64,000 nucleotides of DNA from Epiperipatus broadwayi (Eukaryota > Animalia > Onychophora): assembly GCA_028023455.1 (NCBI GenBank), contig JAQFVV010000007.1, positions 8,308,001 through 8,372,000 of the forward strand. The letters run 5' to 3'. The translations under genes were made by a program, and so were the position numbers. Numbering within the stretch: the stretch's first letter is position 1; every line of letters starts with the position of its first letter. This document shows positions 61,939 to 64,000 of this stretch, piece by piece. The notes below the pieces were generated by a model, which was not told where the DNA came from, made no database searches, and worked only from the letters and a program-made list of their open reading frames with translations.

Positions 61939-62842
61939 ATATATAATTAATGTGAAAGGTCATGACCTTTAAAAGAGTCAAACTTATATTTTATACTAAA
62001 ATATTCCGTTACATAATTTTAAATTAGAGTCTTTTTGTGTCTCCACTTTGTGATGCTGGCAGAGAGAGATAAATTAGATCGGTATCATCGGGATTGTTGC
62101 TCATAAGTTGGTAGATCTGGAAAATAGGCAAATAGGGCAAAGTTCATGAGTGTTCCTGACTTATGTATCTTGTGCATGATTGGACTTGAGGTATTTCTGC
62201 CTAGATACTAGATCCTGTTATATGAACAGACAAATCTGACTGGTACAATATATGTAAAGTCCAACTCATAATACTGAAATAAAACAATCTTGTTTTTCAT
62301 GTGGGATGGTCTGTAATATTTTGAAAATACTATGGCAATATCTGAAGTCCAATTAACAGAATGGATATGATAATAATGACTCTCTATGTTTTTATTATGT
62401 AGCTAATGTTATAGAGATGAAAAATTATCAATTTCTTACAGCATGGTTCTCCTGAGAATGATAATTCCCATTTACATTACAAAGATAGTCAATATACTCT
62501 AATGAGATGCAATGTTGACTCCTTCATTGGAATACATGGATGAAGCTAAAATTCAATAAAGTTACACATAGAGTTAAAATATTTTAAAAATAATCTGCTA
62601 TAGAAAAAGCTAGAATTGGGCATTTCAAGATGTCAAATAATAAACTAAAGGATCAACATGTTATATACATAGTATATTCCAGTGAAAAAATGACTAGTTC
62701 TTTCTTCCAAATGCCTACAGCACCATCTCTGAATTAACATGAGATATGTACTAACATAAATTGGCTATTCACCATAAACCTTTCACAATGTTAGCATATA
62801 TGGATTACATGTTAGAACATGAAATGTATCATTGTGTTTCAC

Positions 62843-63008
62843 AACTTCAAAGACCATCCATACTTTCTCTGCAATCATAAAATCTTAAAGTCCACTCGAA
62901 TATGTTCTTATCTCTCATGGCTCCAACTACAAAGACCATCCATACTTTCCCTGCCATCATGAAATCTTAGTCATTCAAATATGTTCTTATCTCTCATGGA
63001 TCCACTAC
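62843..63008 (+). repeat. Diverged tandem duplication, ~83-bp unit x2
   Basis: AACT.CAAAGACCATCCATACTTT...ATATGTTCTTATCTCTCATGG.TCCA occurs twice. Confidence 0.85.
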
Positions 63009-64000
63009 AGTTTGAATTATTTTAAACATTTCAAAATAGCAGTTTTCTCAATTTAATTCAAAATTTAATGTTAATATATTGTTTATTTATGTGTTAAAAT
63101 GTGTAATATAACTGCTGTAGTGTATTTTATTCTAATACAAGTGTTATTGGCAATTTAAAATTAAATTATTAAATTCCTAAAAAGTGAATAATTTTTATTT
63201 AAATATCTGATTGATTTAGCTTAGACAACGTAGGTTGTATAGATTTTTTTTTGGGTTTGTGTTAAAAGAAATTGAAAAGACAGAAAGAATATAAAGAGTA
63301 TAATAAAAACAAAAAGGGAGACTACTTTGTGTTTTTGTAAAGATAAGAAATCAAACCTTTAGTGTAAAGCCATTAGCAGTATGTAAAACAAAATTGCAGA
63401 ATTCCTTCAGTAATTGAAGATGGTGATCCAAGTAAAAAAAGAAGACTTTGTGGGCTAAATTACATTAAATTTGGTCTAAACTAATAGAGAGACTAAAAAA
63501 AGTCAGGACTATAAAAAGAAAAACACAATGTGCATTAGGGTTCTTAGATATTTGTTCCTGAAATAAAATATTTTGAAATAAATATTAAGTGTTGAAGAAA
63601 TTATGAAGAGCATGTCAAACTACTCTCACCAGCATGTTAAATCATATTAAGATGTGTGAGTAGTAGTTTGTTTGCTGATGCTGCTTTTTGCCTGATGTTA
63701 TGATACTACAAGTGAAGCCATCTTCTATTAAATCTGAAACCAATGAGTACTTACAGACTGCGTGAACATTGAACAGAAGACCCCTCCCAAGAAAAATCCA
63801 TGCATGGTAAATTCTATAATATGATATGTGAACAGTTAAACTTACTGGTAAGAAAATTTATTAATTCAAATACCAGTGATCACTTTCTTATGAACTTTAA
63901 ATGTCATAAAATGTTTTCTCGAGTCATATCTATTAAAATAAAATCTTATCACTAGTTTTAATCCCTAGTTATTTTCTCTTACATTTTATTTTCTCAATAA

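Noticed and set aside
63380-63560. PSKKRRLC peptide reminiscent of a piggyBac C-terminal Cys-rich domain
   Set aside because: A single short motif, with no further cysteines in frame and no TTAA-bounded TIRs found.

Overview
This is a very AT-rich, CpG-depleted animal (probably arthropod or other invertebrate) genomic window with no host exon I can support. It is a stack of transposable elements. Well supported: (1) an LTR retroelement at 56785-61938 with two ~1.73 kb LTRs, a 4-bp ATAT TSD, PBS and PPT, whose 1.7 kb interior holds only a gag ORF and no pol; (2) a full-length, decayed Tx1/L1-clade LINE at 37198-44843 (minus) with a 14/15 TSD and an apparently ~1300-codon ORF1; (3) a ~2.4 kb head-to-head palindrome of a Penelope-like element (RT + GIY-YIG + hammerhead) at ~51471-53880; (4) a full-length decayed Buster-type hAT transposon at 15400-18244 with TIRs and an 8-bp TSD. 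There are also 3' fragments of two further LINE families, mariner relics, a tRNA-derived SINE, two MITE-like hairpins and microsatellites. The least expected signal is a dispersed short repeat family (six copies) whose consensus reconstructs a minimal type I hammerhead ribozyme, followed in one subfamily by a tRNA-like B-box. All alignments and counts were done by eye; no database searches were run.
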